This document shows, in pieces, positions 23,464 through 36,920 of a stretch of DNA of 64,000 nt. Below the pieces are notes generated by a model. It saw only the letters and a list, made by a program, of their open reading frames with translations. It searched no databases and was not told where the DNA came from. The translations under genes and the position numbers were made by a program. Positions within the stretch are counted from its first letter, which is position 1. Each line of letters starts with the position of its first letter. Location of the stretch: assembly GCA_030295235.1 (NCBI GenBank), contig AP026125.1, positions 992,001 through 1,056,000 of the forward strand, in the 5' to 3' direction. This stretch comes from Fistulifera solaris. Its lineage: Eukaryota.

Positions 23464-23578
23464 AACGAAAGAACGCCTTGTACCTGGTACTGTATAATAC
23501 GTTAAAAAGCTGCATTATAAACAATTAGAAATAATTCAGTCTAATAAGATTGTCTCCGAAAGAATGTAGTAAAACAAT

Positions 23579-26500
23579 TCATCGGCGAGCGACAGCGAAA
23601 GAATGGAACACATCCATTACCCGAGGCGCGATGGCACTCAAACAATCAGTGATTAAGCCGGTGAAGTGTTTCTCTGCCTGCTCATCCGTCAAGTCTAAGC
23701 GATAACGTTGTTCGAAGCTCGCTATAACAAAATCCGCGTCGCCCGCAGGGTTGTTGCATAAATCCTCGATTTCTGCGTCCGCCATCAAATGTACCAAATT
23801 TAATACCAAGCTAGCTGATTTTCTGAGCGCGTTATACGCTTGACAAGCGAGGGAACAAAATTGCCGATACTCTGTCGAATCTATACCACCCATACCATCA
23901 ACCATCTATGAGTATGTTAGATAAAGTTTTTGGACGATACAGTCTCTACAGAACAATACTTACCTCACGAGTGAGACGAAAGGCAGGAGGCAATGGCTTT
24001 GGATCTGTTGAGAATGGAAGGATGAGAACAAATGTCGTCATAAACAGGAAAAAATATCACGTGAGTGACTGCCGTACCTCTTCCAAAAATAAAGCCGAAA
24101 CTGCAAGGCATCAAAAGTTAGAAGCAAGTTCATTAAGTTGTCAGTGCAGTCGCGGTTCGTAAAGATACGTACTCAATATGAAAGAAGTGACCAGTGTTCC
24201 TGAGCAGAATATTGTCCAAGTGACGATCTCCAACTCCCAACAAGTACGTAATAACGCAATATCCCGCGCAACTTCGAATGTAGGTGGACATGACATCAGG
24301 TCGGACGTCATACTTAGCGCCTTTCTGTGGCGCAACAGACTGTAGGAAATGAAGGATAGAACCATTATGCTTTGATAGAACCTGGGAGATCGGCACAGAA
24401 TTCGCGACGAACTCAACCAAGCCGGAGGATGGAGATGTCGCAATGATCGAGTAGGGCGATAAACAAAGATCCAATGCAGACTTCTTTAGCAAACGGTCCA
24501 TAAGTTGTATCATCATAATTACCAGTTGGTCCTGGCGCAAGTCATCTCCTGTTTTAACAATCACTTTATACGTCGAACCACCACCACTTCGGAGCATCGA
24601 GGAAATGCTCTTGAGTTTTTCGTTTTGTTTAGGAACTGTTGTCGTTTCGCCGTGAAGGGTGCCCTCGACATGAAACTCCAAAAGCGCCGGGTATAAAGCT
24701 GATTTGAACATCACAGCTGTGTCTGGGCGGACACCGTTCACTAAAACTTCGGGAGTAGATGGCAACGGCACGGGGTCGCGCTTCTGGTCTTTGTTATAGC
24801 CCTCTTTGGCCAAAAGCAACTTTAGTTCGCTTTCTTTCGTGTCTTTTTGCCACGAGCATCACGACAGCGTCGCTGTAAGTCAAGGAGTCCCGAAATAAAG
24901 CTATCCTGCAATACCAAAACATCCCACATTGAGCGATTTCTTCGGCTGTGAGTGTCGTCCCCTTCAGTGGTACCAGGCTCTGTGCCTCTCAACGTCGAGC
25001 CAATTTTCGATACGGATCCTACAATGGATTTCAGTTTTGTGGTCGATGAAGACTCCATCGAGCTACCGTCGACGTCAATCTTTTGCTTGAATGGTGTCGC
25101 ATCGAGCTTCGCCTTTAATGCTGCTAAGACATCACGATACCTAGATCCATGCGTAGGGTGCTGGGTTTCCACCTTCAGATACCTAAAGACGAATGAGCAC
25201 GTCTGCCTAACAAAAAATCACGCGGTCCTCAATCAGTAACTTACCAATAAAGATAGTTGGCTAGCTCCATACTCAAGGAAGCCCTCTTGATAAGGAATGC
25301 AGCAAGAGGAGAGACGGGCTGCGTTGCCGTAGAGTCTAAACTTTTAGCTCTGGCCGCGCTGACGCCTGTTGGACTAGCCCTGTCGGAGGATCCGTTGCTT
25401 TCATACTTTAATGCCTGCACTAATTGAAGCAAGTACAAACGGAGCTCACTGTCAGGAGCGGCAGCTAAGGTATCAATAGCATAGTCGCGAACAAGATTTG
25501 TTTGAAACGCAACATGCTTCCCCAACAGCTTCAGCGCATCTGTGACTTCAATAGGGCTACGCTTCCTCCACTGTTCTAATAACTCTGCGGCTTGGACCAC
25601 TTCGCTTTCCACTGTCCAGTCGACAGCCAGCAAAAACTTGGTAAGCGCACGTCGATTTTCGACTAAACTGAATCGAAAGCGCCATAACAGATCTTTTCTC
25701 TTCTCGCGAAGGGTGCAAAGACGGCGAATCGATAATAGCCGCGAGCCTCGCACGCTGCTCTCGATCGGGTTTCAAAGCAGGATCCACAAGACCCCGTATG
25801 ACATCGTGCGCTAGAGTCCGGTATTTATCTTCCACTGGATTATCGTTTTCGTTTTCATATTCTAGAATTGTCACCAATTGCAGCGGATCGAAATGATCTG
25901 CGTCGAATACGTCGGTGGAGCGGCTTTCGTGCTTTTGGTGCAGTACTAAATCCAGAGGTGTGACCGCTCCAGAAGCACCGTTGGACGGAACAGGATAAAA
26001 TGTTTCTTCGAATAAGATAGGTATATCGAACGTGGGCAGTTCAACAATCAATGACGCTTGGAGTTCGTCCTCAAAATCTGAAACTGGTAATGATTGTTCT
26101 TCAGCAGCGTCTTTCAAGATCTCAAGCGCTCGTGCCTTCGTCAAGCCATCAAGCCACGGTATGGAAGGGGGATCGCCGAACGATTGAATCTGTGCAGGTG
26201 GGCGTTCTTCGAACCTTGTTACTTTGTCTAGTATTCGAGATGCTTCCCACAATATGTCTGCTTTCTCCTCTTCGTCGTGACAGAGACCCAAGTTAATGTC
26301 GCTGCGCAACGGTCCTTTCTTGACAACAATTCTTCGCAAACCCGTCAAAAGTTTTCCGTATTGGCTGAAGAAGGGCATGCTACCTTGGTAGACTCTCCCG
26401 TCTCCTTCAATAATGTCGAACACCAAATATGCGTCCCGTGGTAAATCTCTCCATCGTATGGGGATCTGAATCAAATAGTTCCAGTAGCAATCATGTGACG

Positions 26501-26849
26501 CTGACGAAACAGTTGGGTATATTTTCTTCGAAGCAGTTTCACCCTGTGCTGCATTGATTTCCGTACTGGCCGAATTTCTTCTGCGCCGCGAGTGCAACCT
26601 TGCTGCAGGTGTGTGAGCTGCAACTGGTACCAAGGAAAGACCTCCCACGCCATAGATTCGTACGCTAACTTTCCAGTCATTTGTCTCGTCGCTCAGCAAA
26701 TCATCAATAGTGGCATGTGCGGACCGAATTGTGAGGCAAACATGCGAAGATTGTGACAATGCTGTGTGCGGCATCCATGCCACATTGACCCATTTGTCGT
26801 TGCCCACATCAGCATTCAATTGCTGCGGTAGGCCAGGTCTGGTCACCAT
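23579..26849 (-). CDS. VPS34: Class III phosphatidylinositol 3-kinase; multi-exon, with apparent frameshifts
   Basis: C2 region (PIRWRDLPRDA), ENDNPVEDKYRTL, PIK helical domain (LLQLVQALKYE), kinase motifs KTGDDLRQDQL, SCAGYCVITYLLGVGDRHLDN and HID(FG). Confidence 0.95.
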
Positions 26850-26993
26850 TATTATCAAGTATCTGTTTAGTAGCAGAAATAAAAGGTATAGTGCCGCTGG
26901 TTACTCTAAAGAGCAAAAAGGTTGCCTTATTCATAAGATAGAATAATAAGGAGAGCAAAAATGCAATAGGCAAAAGCGCACCGCAGGACACAC

Positions 26994-27556
26994 GTGACTG
27001 AAAGGCAGTCGTGGTTAATTTGATGGATAGTACAATTTGGCCTATATTACCTACGGACGATATTTCGACGTCAAGGTTCGAGACCTGTTTTATATTCGCT
27101 GCTAAAGATTCTTGCAATGCGTTATACGCAAAACAATAAAGAAAGGTCGACATTCTTCCAGAAAATTAACAGCTTAGGTAACCTTAGCAGTAGGCTCGCT
27201 GTTTCGTGACTAAAAGCAGTCGTGGTGAAAAGTAATTTACATTATGCGCTAAAGTACATACGGAACGCAACACAACGCAACGTTTTTGCCATCGTATAAA
27301 TCGATGTGTGCAATACGAATGCTCCTATGTACTTTTGCAATGGAAGGAAAACAAACAGAGCTTGACAATCTTGCAGGAAATCAGTCGCGTAAGTAGAAAT
27401 CTGACTCGCAAGAACACAGACTCATGACTCCTCAAATAATGCAGTCCCGGTGAAAAGTTGTCTATGTTTATTCTATAAATAAGTCTAATTCATAGTAAAA
27501 TGATTCGTAAGGTTAATCGCCATCTTATAAATCGATGCATGCATTGCGAATGCTAC
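26994..27556. repeat. Degenerate ~212-231-bp periodic repeat (family B)
   Basis: (G/A)TGACT...GCAGTC(G/C)(T/C)GGT at 26994, 27206 and 27424; GCCATC.TATAAATCGATG..TGCA...CGAATGCT at 27288 and 27519. Confidence 0.6.
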
Positions 27557-27753
27557 TTAAGGGGATGGTATTTCCAGGGACACGCAATAGAAACTCACAA
27601 AGCTAGCAAAGCGATAAAACGAAGAACGCGGGCTGGCAGTGGTAATAGCTAGGAATAGTACGGCATTTCTAGGTAGCGCGTAGTAGCACTATCGATGACA
27701 GGACATGATAAGAACTACTACAAATACTAGCTTTTGACAACAAGTCCATTTTT

Positions 27754-29105
27754 TTAAAACTTTACCTCCATAAACACATCCCCGGATTCTTTTGTCTCTG
27801 TCTCTTCCTGCTGCACACTAGAATCATCCGCAGAAAGAGAGGGTTGCACCGCCCTTCCACCGCCTATGGGTGCATGGTGAATCGACCAGAAGTCGGCGAT
27901 TTCTTCACGCGTGCAAATCCACACATCTCTTCCATAACTCTTTGCAAAATCCATGAACTCAGAAATGGCAGCGACGCGACCAGGACGAGCAAGTCTGCAG
28001 TGAAGCCCAACAGTCATCATTTTCGGATGGCCAGCTCTACCCTCTTCAACTAGATATCTGAATTGAACATCAAAAGATGGTGAGAAATCGTCTAGATGAA
28101 GCTATTATTTCAAAGCATGACAAAAAATCACATACCTTAGATTGTTCTTCAAGTAAGTGCAGAAATCGTCGCCGCTTGAAAAGCCGCCCGGCGAGACGAA
28201 CTTCATGTCGTTCTCGCTCAAGGTGTAAGGAATTATCAGATGCGGAAAGCCTCCTTCGAAAGTCCAATAAGGCAAATCATCAGCGTAAGAATCGGAATCA
28301 TATTTGAATCCCCCTTCTTCCATGACGTATTTCCGAGTGTTGACATTCGGCTTCGCGTGCGAAACAAAGTTTAAGAAATTTTCTTGACAACGACAATTCG
28401 TTTTTTCGCTGATGAAACTCACCTTGCCTTGATAGAAACCCGTCGGGCGCTTCCCGATGAGGCGCTTATGTATTTCAACAGTACGTTTGATATGCTCTCG
28501 CTCGGTTTCTTCATCAACGTCTTGATAATCAATCCAGCGATAGCCATGAGAGGCAATTTCCCAACCGGGAGCTTCTTTCAACGCATGACAAACGGCAGGA
28601 TTGCGCTCCAGTGCCATACCGACGGCAAAGACTGTCGCGGGGATTTTCTTTCTAAGAAAAAAGCCGATGAAGCCTCCAAAAGCCCGCTCGACTGCCGTAA
28701 TCATATAAACTCTCCATGTTATAATGTCTTTTGTCCTCTTCAAGCACAAAGTTAGCAGTGAGAGATGCAACCTCATTGTGTAACAACAACTTCTTCGCTT
28801 CACATACCTAAAGCGGCTGCGCCAACGATTTCAGAAAGCAATTTCTCGGATTCTTTGTCACCGTGCAAAAGACATCGCTCTCCTCCTTCTTCGTAGTTGA
28901 TGACAAAGTTAAGGGCCACTTTTCCGTATCCAGGCCATTTGGGAATCGGCGTTTTCTCTCCGTAACCCAAAAGATCGCGTCCTCCGTATTTAGTGAGACC
29001 ATCGTTTTCGTGATGACTTTTCCACACTTGCGCAGGAGCCTTCTTTCGATCCATGGATGCTTTCTTCTTCGACGGCGGGTCGGGCCTTATAGACGTTGGA
29101 TCCAT
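27754..29105 (-). CDS. puuE: PuuE-type allantoinase (polysaccharide deacetylase / NodB fold); multi-exon
   Basis: WP...VALNFVINYEEGGE, WEIASHGYRW, YDSDSYADDLPYW, HLIIPYTL.NDMKF, MMTVGLHCRL.RPGR, VWICTREEIADFW. Confidence 0.88.
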
Positions 29106-29457
29106 CCTGCTTAACAACTTTGTGTAAAGCGGCTGCTCCTTACATGGTGGCGGGGAGTTAATGGTGAGAGATGATCTACTTCTCGTCAAAAAAAGAAAAT
29201 GCATGCACTCAACGGAAAGATCCGTCTGTACCTTACCCGGAAGTCTCACATGATCATGACTCATGACCCAGAACTATGACTGTAAATCCTTGCACGAGAT
29301 TAGAGCAGCAATCAGGTCTACTTTCTTTTAAAAAAGGGCAACAACTTGTAAGTTCTCTAGACTATACAACACTGGCACTTTGCTTTACATAAAGAGATAT
29401 TTCATGTATAGTTTTGCATGCTTGTGCAACAAAAACAGAAACTAAATTACAAAATTA

Positions 29458-30965
29458 TCATCTCGCGGCTGCGTCTACCGCAGTTGCATTTACCGACGAA
29501 CTATCCGTGTCCTGTTCGGATTCGTTCGCGACGTTCCCTTCCACGAGAACGCTCATTTTGCACAGAGGACAGCAACCCTGTCGCTCAAGTAGCCACGGCT
29601 TAATGCAATCGTTGTGAAAGGCGTGTCGACACCGAGGTAGGAGAGTTAACCTTTCCCCCACTTCGAAGTCGTCTATACAGATGGAGCATTCGGTACAAAT
29701 GGTTTTCAGCGTTGAAATGACTGGCAGTGGCGACTCGTTCTGTGATCTATCAGCGCCGGACTGAGCGACGTCCTCGGTTGATAGTTGGGGAGGAGTAAGA
29801 CTGAGACCGGTTTCCATTACCGGAGAAATAGTAGACGATTCAACCTTATTGCTGCTACCCATTTCTAAATCATCTTCCGTAGCGCGTGGGTCTACCGCCG
29901 TGTCGCTGTCATCGTCGTGTCCATCATCCGGCGCAACAATTACATCACCTTCAACGGAAACAGCCTCGTAAATGATTTGTGGAAGCTCGTTGAATTGAGC
30001 AAGCGTAAGAGTCTCACTCGAGGGTGTAACAGGTCGTGGCGGCCTGCCATGTGACAGCCAGTATGGCATAGGGCTGAAAATGGCGGATAATTGTGAGTAA
30101 GACAAGGACATAAGACGACTCTGGTGACGGTAAACTTACGGAATATACTGCAAACCGACGACTCTGCCTGAATCGTTACGGCGAAAATGAAGGCGGCCTC
30201 CTCCGGCATAGAAGAGGTAAACGGCTCGGATACAGGGCGAAACGAGTAGCAAGGAAAAAAGTGTATATCGAATCCAGTCGTAGTCATCTTGACCATAATA
30301 ATCATCCGAGCGAGCGTTCCTATCATCGCTATCCACGCCTACAGGTTCCCACTCACCCACAATAGAATGTATGAACGACCACTGCTCGTTACCGGGATGC
30401 AAAAGAATACGCTTTCTCCAGAGGCGAATTCTTCCATCCGCCTGGCAAACTCCTGGAGCTCCAAGAAAGGGAGATACGTCAGGGACATTCCGTTCAATTC
30501 TTTCGGAGCAGGCTCTTCATCCGGTTTTAGCAGCAAGAAATAACCCATGTATCTCGGCTCTTCTTCATAGACGATGAGCATTTTCAGCATACTAGAAATT
30601 TGCTTTTGCATTTCAAGAAGAACGTTCGCCCGTTGTTGGTTAGAACAGGGAGAAGACCGAGGAACAAGAAGTGCTATGGGATGCGATATGCTGTCGATGC
30701 GTTCTTGTAATTCTTCTTCTGTGCTGTTTATTGCTGTCAAGTTGGGAAAATTGCAGAGATGTCGGTCATCGGGTGGTAACATGACATTAAATGCTGTTTC
30801 ATTTTGTAGCTGGTCACCGAATGTTGCCATCAAAACTTGATATGAATTTTCTGTGTTATTTTTCTCGACGAGAAACCTCCCTCCTGGTTTTTCTGCCATG
30901 CAAACTGAAGCACAAGCGATAATGACAACAAATAATAAGTCACGTCGACATCTCCACCCAAACAT
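29458..30965 (-). CDS. Secretory-pathway PA-TM-RING-H2 E3 ubiquitin ligase (RNF13/RMR-like)
   Basis: Signal peptide, PA-like region (ATFG, IALLVPR..C), TM helix, RING-H2 CSICIDDF...LPRCRHAFHNDCIKPWL...CPLCK. Confidence 0.82.
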
Positions 30966-31666
30966 ATTGTTGTCAATTTAATTACAATCGTTTCCCCCAA
31001 ATTTGATCGTTTCAGCTTTCCACTGCTCGATGAACTAACTTCTTGTGTCTATTATGTTACTTGTTATGGATGCGCTTGCATCGGACTGAGGCAGGTTTTA
31101 AAGGGGTAAAGGAGGGGAGTAGGAGAAAGTTGCAATTCTCCGATGCGTGCAGCGCAGCAATCATAGCAATCGTTCTTCGTTTTTAGCTTTCGCGGAACCG
31201 CGGAACACACCGCGTTTCGAATTCGAAACCCGCGAATGAGGACTTCCGGTAGTAGAGTGTAGTGGCATTTAGTACACCGCGTTTTACTCTAATTTCGAAC
31301 TGTACTTTGTGACATGATGAGACATGAGAGTGACGAACGTTTGACTGGTGACTGAGATTGACGCGGGAATGAACACGATACTGCTTTGAAAATCCCTCAT
31401 TACTAGTCTACGTATTATTTTTTTCGTTTCGTTCACCCAGGTGACTATAACTTAGGTGAGCATGCCCAAAACGAGCGACAACTAAAGTAAATCCATCTTT
31501 ATTCAGTTGTTCGGCAGAATTCTCATTAAAATGGTTTCGGATCGTTTACAATAATAACATGCGCCCTTAGAACTGCGTATAATGTTCGTTGCATTGTCTA
31601 GTGCCTTGGAACACAAAGTCCAAGACACAGGCAAAGGTGATTCGAACGACTTGCATCTATTCAAGC

Positions 31667-32484
31667 TTAGAGTTCATTGCTGGGTGCACCAAAGAAGACC
31701 GTCTCCAACCACGACGCAAAAGCATCCATCTCGTCTTCACAGGATTGATGACCCATCCTGTAGCGTCGTGACATTGTTAGGAACGTGATTTAATCGAAGT
31801 CATAGTTACTGAACATTACTTACGGGTAAGATGAATCCTCAACCTGCACTCCTTGTTCTCTCAGCTTCTTTGTTCCAAAGTCTTGGTGTTCGAATAGAAC
31901 CTTGTCATCATACCGACCATGGCCCCAGAATAACGGAGTCTTCTTTGCTACTTCTTGCGAAACTTTCAAATCATCTACAAGAGTTAACCACGCACTCAGT
32001 GAAGCACATCCTGCAAACGGAGTTTTTTCGTCGTTTTGATGATAGGCACTCAACAAAGCAATCGCGCCGCCTTGAGAGAAGCCACCGACAACAATGCGGT
32101 CTCTTGGAATGTTGTGTTCATTCACAATCTTTTCAACGTATTCTTCGACGATAGCAACAGCTTTTAGTTTACCCTCGCGGTCATCTTTTGCTCCGACTTC
32201 GATTGGCCAGTCATAGAGATCAAACCAACCAGGCATCGTCGCTCCTCCATTAATGGTAATCGACACAGTTGGTGACGGCGGAAAAACGTACACAATATCT
32301 CCCAGCTTTGGCTTCAACGACGGTAGCTGAAATTGTAGCATCGACCAACCGGCAGGTGTATCACCAAGACCATGCAAAAGACCAGGGCGCCGACTTTGTT
32401 GCCTGAACTCGACGACATCATAGCTCTTGATCCTAGTCCGAGAGAAGCCAAAATTCCAGAAACAAGTTTCCTGCGTACAAGCAT
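31667..32484 (-). CDS. Acyl-protein thioesterase / phospholipase-carboxylesterase
   Basis: LHGLGD, MPGWFD, GGFSQGG, FWGHG..DDKV. Last exon after an intron (donor at 31823) supplies MGH...NEL*. One T missing at ~32377-32380. Confidence 0.9.
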
Positions 32485-32610
32485 CCGGTCCAGGGCAAAA
32501 TTTACTCAGAGAAATGATGGAATTCAAGCTTTTGCACCTTTGTAATGAAGACGATCGATGGATAAAATCTTTTTTCAGCCGCCTGCCACCCGCCGATGCC
32601 ACATCACATC

Positions 32611-32806
32611 CCCACATTTTCTGGTCGAGCGAGAACAAACCACGTTCCCACACTTTCTGTTAGTGTGAAAATACCACATGCCCACATTTTCTGGCACGAA
32701 AGAACACCACACCCCCACATTTTCTGGTAATGTGAAAATACCACTTGCCCACATTTTCTGGGAACGTAAAATAATAATTAATAGAATACGCCCACATTCT
32801 CTGGAC
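32611..32806 (+). repeat. 33-43-bp minisatellite x6, core CCCACATTTTCTGG (family C)
   Basis: Cores at 32611, 32647, 32681, 32714, 32748 and 32791. Confidence 0.9.
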
Positions 32807-33312
32807 GTTTGGTCACGGTAGAATTTAGTCTTACTCAGAGTGTCGGATAGTCAATTTTGAAACAAGCAATCCTACAGTAAAAATTACAGTAAATATTTTT
32901 AAGTGCTTTACTTAGGACCTGTTATAGTCACATAGGTAAATGATAGACCGGCCCGCTCTTATCGTCTTCGTGTTTGATTGCCACCAATCGAATAAATCCA
33001 TCAACAGCAACGTATAAAAATGGGTCGGGGCGTGTTCATTCATCATCTTGTGTGCTGAATAAAATATATCCTGTCACTTGCGCACAAATTGCCGCCACCA
33101 CATTTTGATCATCATCTAAAATTCTCCTCCACCTTCAATTCAGAGAAGTTCCGTGACGACAACGAAAGTGACTTGGTAATAATCTGGTAAGGACTAACAG
33201 CGGGGTTGCTGCCCCCAAGGCCATGGCTGACGACGACTCCTCGCTTTGATGAAAAGCAACTCACTCTCTGATGGCTGATTCATATTCTCATTCACAGAAA
33301 CTCGATTCGAGC

Positions 33313-34597
33313 ATGAGCGATACATCTAGCCCGAAAAAGCACGAAGCGCCAGGGTCAAATGGTTCTACCGATCAAGAGGCGGCAACAGAGAATAAAAACC
33401 CAATTAGTGAAGTTGAAAGAAAGACCGCTGCAGAACCAGAGAATGAAACGAATAAGGAAAACAAGAGACAAGACGAAGGCAACATCGAGGAGGAGGACGA
33501 TGATGTCGATACGGATTCTGAAGACGAACTCTTACAGTCGAAAAGTGAAGACAAATCGGAAGTCGACCCCGAAGTCGTCGAACAAAATGAATTGATCGAA
33601 AAGTCGACACCGTCCACACCTCTCGAGATAGCCCTTACTGCTCTGTTGAAGCGAAAAGAGGCTTACATTCAGCGTATTACTGGCGAAATAGCTAAGCTCA
33701 AAAAGTTTGTAAGCAAGCGCAAGCAGACCTATAAGCGGAAGCGCAAGGAAGAAGGTGCACCGACGCGGGCGCTTTCCGCTTATAACATCTTCATTCAAGA
33801 TCGCTTCGCCAAGCTAGCGAAAGAGAATGAAAATGCTTTGAAGAGTGAAGACACCGACGCAGAGCTGAAACGTGTTCCTCCCTCCAATATGGTTGCGTCA
33901 ACAGGAAATGCATGGAAAGAGCTACCTCCGGAGGAAAAAGGCCAAGTATTACGAACGGTAAGAAGTGCGGTAGTTTTTTATCGGTGTTTACCTTTGTGTT
34001 ATCCCATTGACACTTTTCTTGATTTTTCGTTCCAGAGCAAAAGCCGATCAAAAACGTTACGAAGAGGAAATGGCTGCTTACCAACCGCCTGACAAGCAAG
34101 CAAACCGAAAGCGAAATAAAACAGGTTATAACATGTTCTTCACAGCTCATGTTCACCGTCTTAAACAGACCGAAAGCGGGGTTCCTTCAGAACGTGGTTC
34201 TGTTGCCCGTCTGGTCGGGAACGCTTGGAAGAACCTAACTCCCGACGAGAGGCAGTTTTATGAACGGGAAGCTGACAAACATAATGGAATGAATCTTGGG
34301 AAAGATGGTGATGAAGACGACGACGAGGATGAAGTCAAGCGTCAGCAAATGGAGCATTATCACATGCACGGCCCCCATCCTGAAATGCATATGCACCCAG
34401 CAATGCACCCGGCCATGCACATGCATCCTGCAGTTGACCCGCGTCATGCCTATTATCCTCCTCACATGTACGCACAGCCCATGTATAGCCATTACGACTA
34501 TAGTCAGCATCATCGTCATCAGCAGGCTCGTGCCCAGGGCTACAATCAAGCTTATCCCCCACCTCCACGAAGTTCCTATGAAACGGGCACGATCTGA
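33313..34597 (+). CDS. HMG-box protein (two HMG boxes, His/Met/Tyr-rich tail)
   Basis: APTRALSAYNIFIQ...GNAWKEL; KRNKTGYNMFF...VGNAWKNL...FYEREA; intron ~33958-34035; one extra A at ~33935. Confidence 0.9.
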
Positions 34598-34930
34598 ATG
34601 GAATGATCTACATTCAGAAGTTTTTAAACAATTGAATATCTACGTAATTTACATTTGCTTCTAAAATACTTTCAATTTCTTATGATCAATGCTATATCAC
34701 TGTCCAGGGTCCAGGCATAATCGTTAGTCCTAGTTGTGTTTCCCACGACCCACGACACGACAAACGACGACTCCGCAATGATGACGTCGGCGGAAAAAAT
34801 TTATTGAACATGATAAACATGAAGAATGCTTTTGAGCCTCCACGCAACATTTACAAACTCGAGCAGTCCAAACAACAACAAAGTACAGAGAAAGCCAGCC
34901 ATTGCATTCTTGTCATTCAGCGCCGTGAGT

Positions 34931-35349
34931 ATGGGAAACGCATGTTGCGGCAAAAAATCGAGCGTCCAGGAACGACAGAATCTTACGAGCAAAAATAACA
35001 ACAGCAAAGCATTTTCTGGCGAGGTAAGCCGCCTTTCTGCATTCACTCAGTTACAGGTTGCGCATTCTAATGTGCAGACTTTACGTTAAAGGGCCATAGA
35101 TTAGGAACAGCGACTGAGACTTCAAAGCCTTCTTTAGAAGCAACTAATAAGCTACAGGATGACACACCAGAACCGATGTATGATCCGAGTCTGACTGAGG
35201 AACAACGAGAAAAAATTCGAGCAGATCGAGCTGCTGCTGCCGAAGCTCGATTAAAAAAGGCAGCTGCTAAACCTGTAAAAAAGTCGAAGGATTCCGCACC
35301 TCTCAGGGGTCCCAATTCACAGCCATTGATGCGATGGACGGCCTCCTAA
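34931..35349 (+). CDS. Small lipidated p97/Cdc48 adaptor (SVIP-like) with SHP box and VIM
   Basis: MGNACCGKK start. Intron 35024-35091 joins FSGE/GHRLG (SHP box). RADRAAAAEAR matches VIM Rx5AAx2R. C-terminus LMRWTAS*. Confidence 0.8.
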
Positions 35350-35501
35350 TGTTTTGTTACTTGAATCGAAAAAAAAAAACATAGCCAAAGCTTAACTGCT
35401 TTTCTCTAAAGCGGCGATATGAGATTCAATGATTTATCTGTTGTTTATAGAGTTATAACCTAGTCGAAAGAACCTCCATTGTTGTACATGCGGCCAGATG
35501 T

Positions 35502-36393
35502 TTACTGGACCCAATCCAATCCTTCAGCTTGTGCTTTTGCTTTGGCAAGCTTCCATGCTGGCGGATTATCATCAATAAAGTGATGCAAATCATAAATTAC
35601 TTGATCCGCTACAGCGGCAGTGTCCATCTCTTCGGTAACTTTAACGCGAATGTCAGCGTTCATGTATTTCGGCTTCCTTTCATTCAACAGTGCCTTTAAC
35701 TTCTTAAGAGGATCTTCTGTTTGCAGCAGTGGCCGGTCCGTCCCTTGAATTCGCTTTATGATAACCTCAGGTTCAACATCAAGCCAAACTACCAATCCAG
35801 TTTGCAACTTTGACCAATTCTCCATCCGAGTCACAATACCCCCGCCTGTACTAATCACGCAACGAACATAAGGATGAACCGAGTCTAAAATCTGTGCTTC
35901 TACTTGCCGAAAACCTTCCTCCCCCTCTGCTTCAAAAATTTCCGGTATCGTCATCTTTGTGGCCTTTTCAATAATTGCGTCCGTATCTAGAAATGTGTAG
36001 CTTCCCATTCCTGTGAAGAAACGTGTAAGCTCATGCTTTTCGCGTAAATCACCAATACTCAGACCTCAACTTACTTCTGGCAACAGCTTCACCCACACTC
36101 GTCTTTCCAGAACCCATCATACCGATGAAATATAAGTTTGCGCCATTCAGCCTTGGACTTAGAAGTCGTGCGGGGTCGATCTTCATGCCACCATCGGTCG
36201 GTGTCATCAGATCGGTGTTTTTGTAAGGGTTATCGACCCCTTGATCGAAGGCATTCACCGGATCTTCCCACTCAAATCCCCCAGCGTTTAATACAACGGT
36301 AGGACTTGGTGCGACGAAAGCCCGATGTGGCGTAAAAGCAACCACCGATGAGCAGAGCCATAAACCGAGCGCCGTTACTGCTTGAAGCCTCAT
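35502..36393 (-). CDS. aroK: Shikimate kinase, plastid-targeted; 1 intron
   Basis: NLYFIGMMGSGKTSVG, FLDTD..IE, IFEAEGEEGFRQVE, VISTGGGIV, RPLL; presequence VVA-FTP. Confidence 0.95.
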
Positions 36394-36621
36394 TCTTGAA
36401 TACTGTGTTTTACAAGCGATAAATAATTTATGACAGTGGTACCGAAGGAACGGGCGACTTTCCAACCGAAAGCACTCAACAAATACCAGTATATTGCAAA
36501 TACGACGCCGAAGGCGCATAGTAAAATAATAAAACGCGTCCGCGTGCGATACTCATCCGTAAGCTTAGATGGTTTCGAGGGGAAGCGGACAGACGTTTAT
36601 GACGTAAAAGTGATAATGTCT

Positions 36622-36920
36622 AATGTCTACGTAAAATTCACGTAGGCTCCGTAGGAAATTTAGTGATGTAGCTAGCTAGCACACGGTGCTGATAATCGAC
36701 TTCGACCTCAACCATGCGCGAGTCCGAGAGCTTGCCGAGAGCGACAAAGCTCATGTCACGTTCCTTCAAATACCTGAATAGAGGCCATTTGCAAGAATTG
36801 ACATCAATTGGTACACAAAACATGCAAAAGACAACAGCCGTATAATGGTGGGAATGTCTACGTGGATTCACGTAGGCCCCGTAGGGAAATTTACCGACAG
36901 AGGGGGAACCCGGAGATGTA
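36622..36920. repeat. Two copies of repeat family A, inverted relative to 3670-4436
   Basis: AATGTCTACGT...TTCACGTAGGC.CCGTAGG(G)AAATTTA at 36622 and 36853. Confidence 0.85.
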
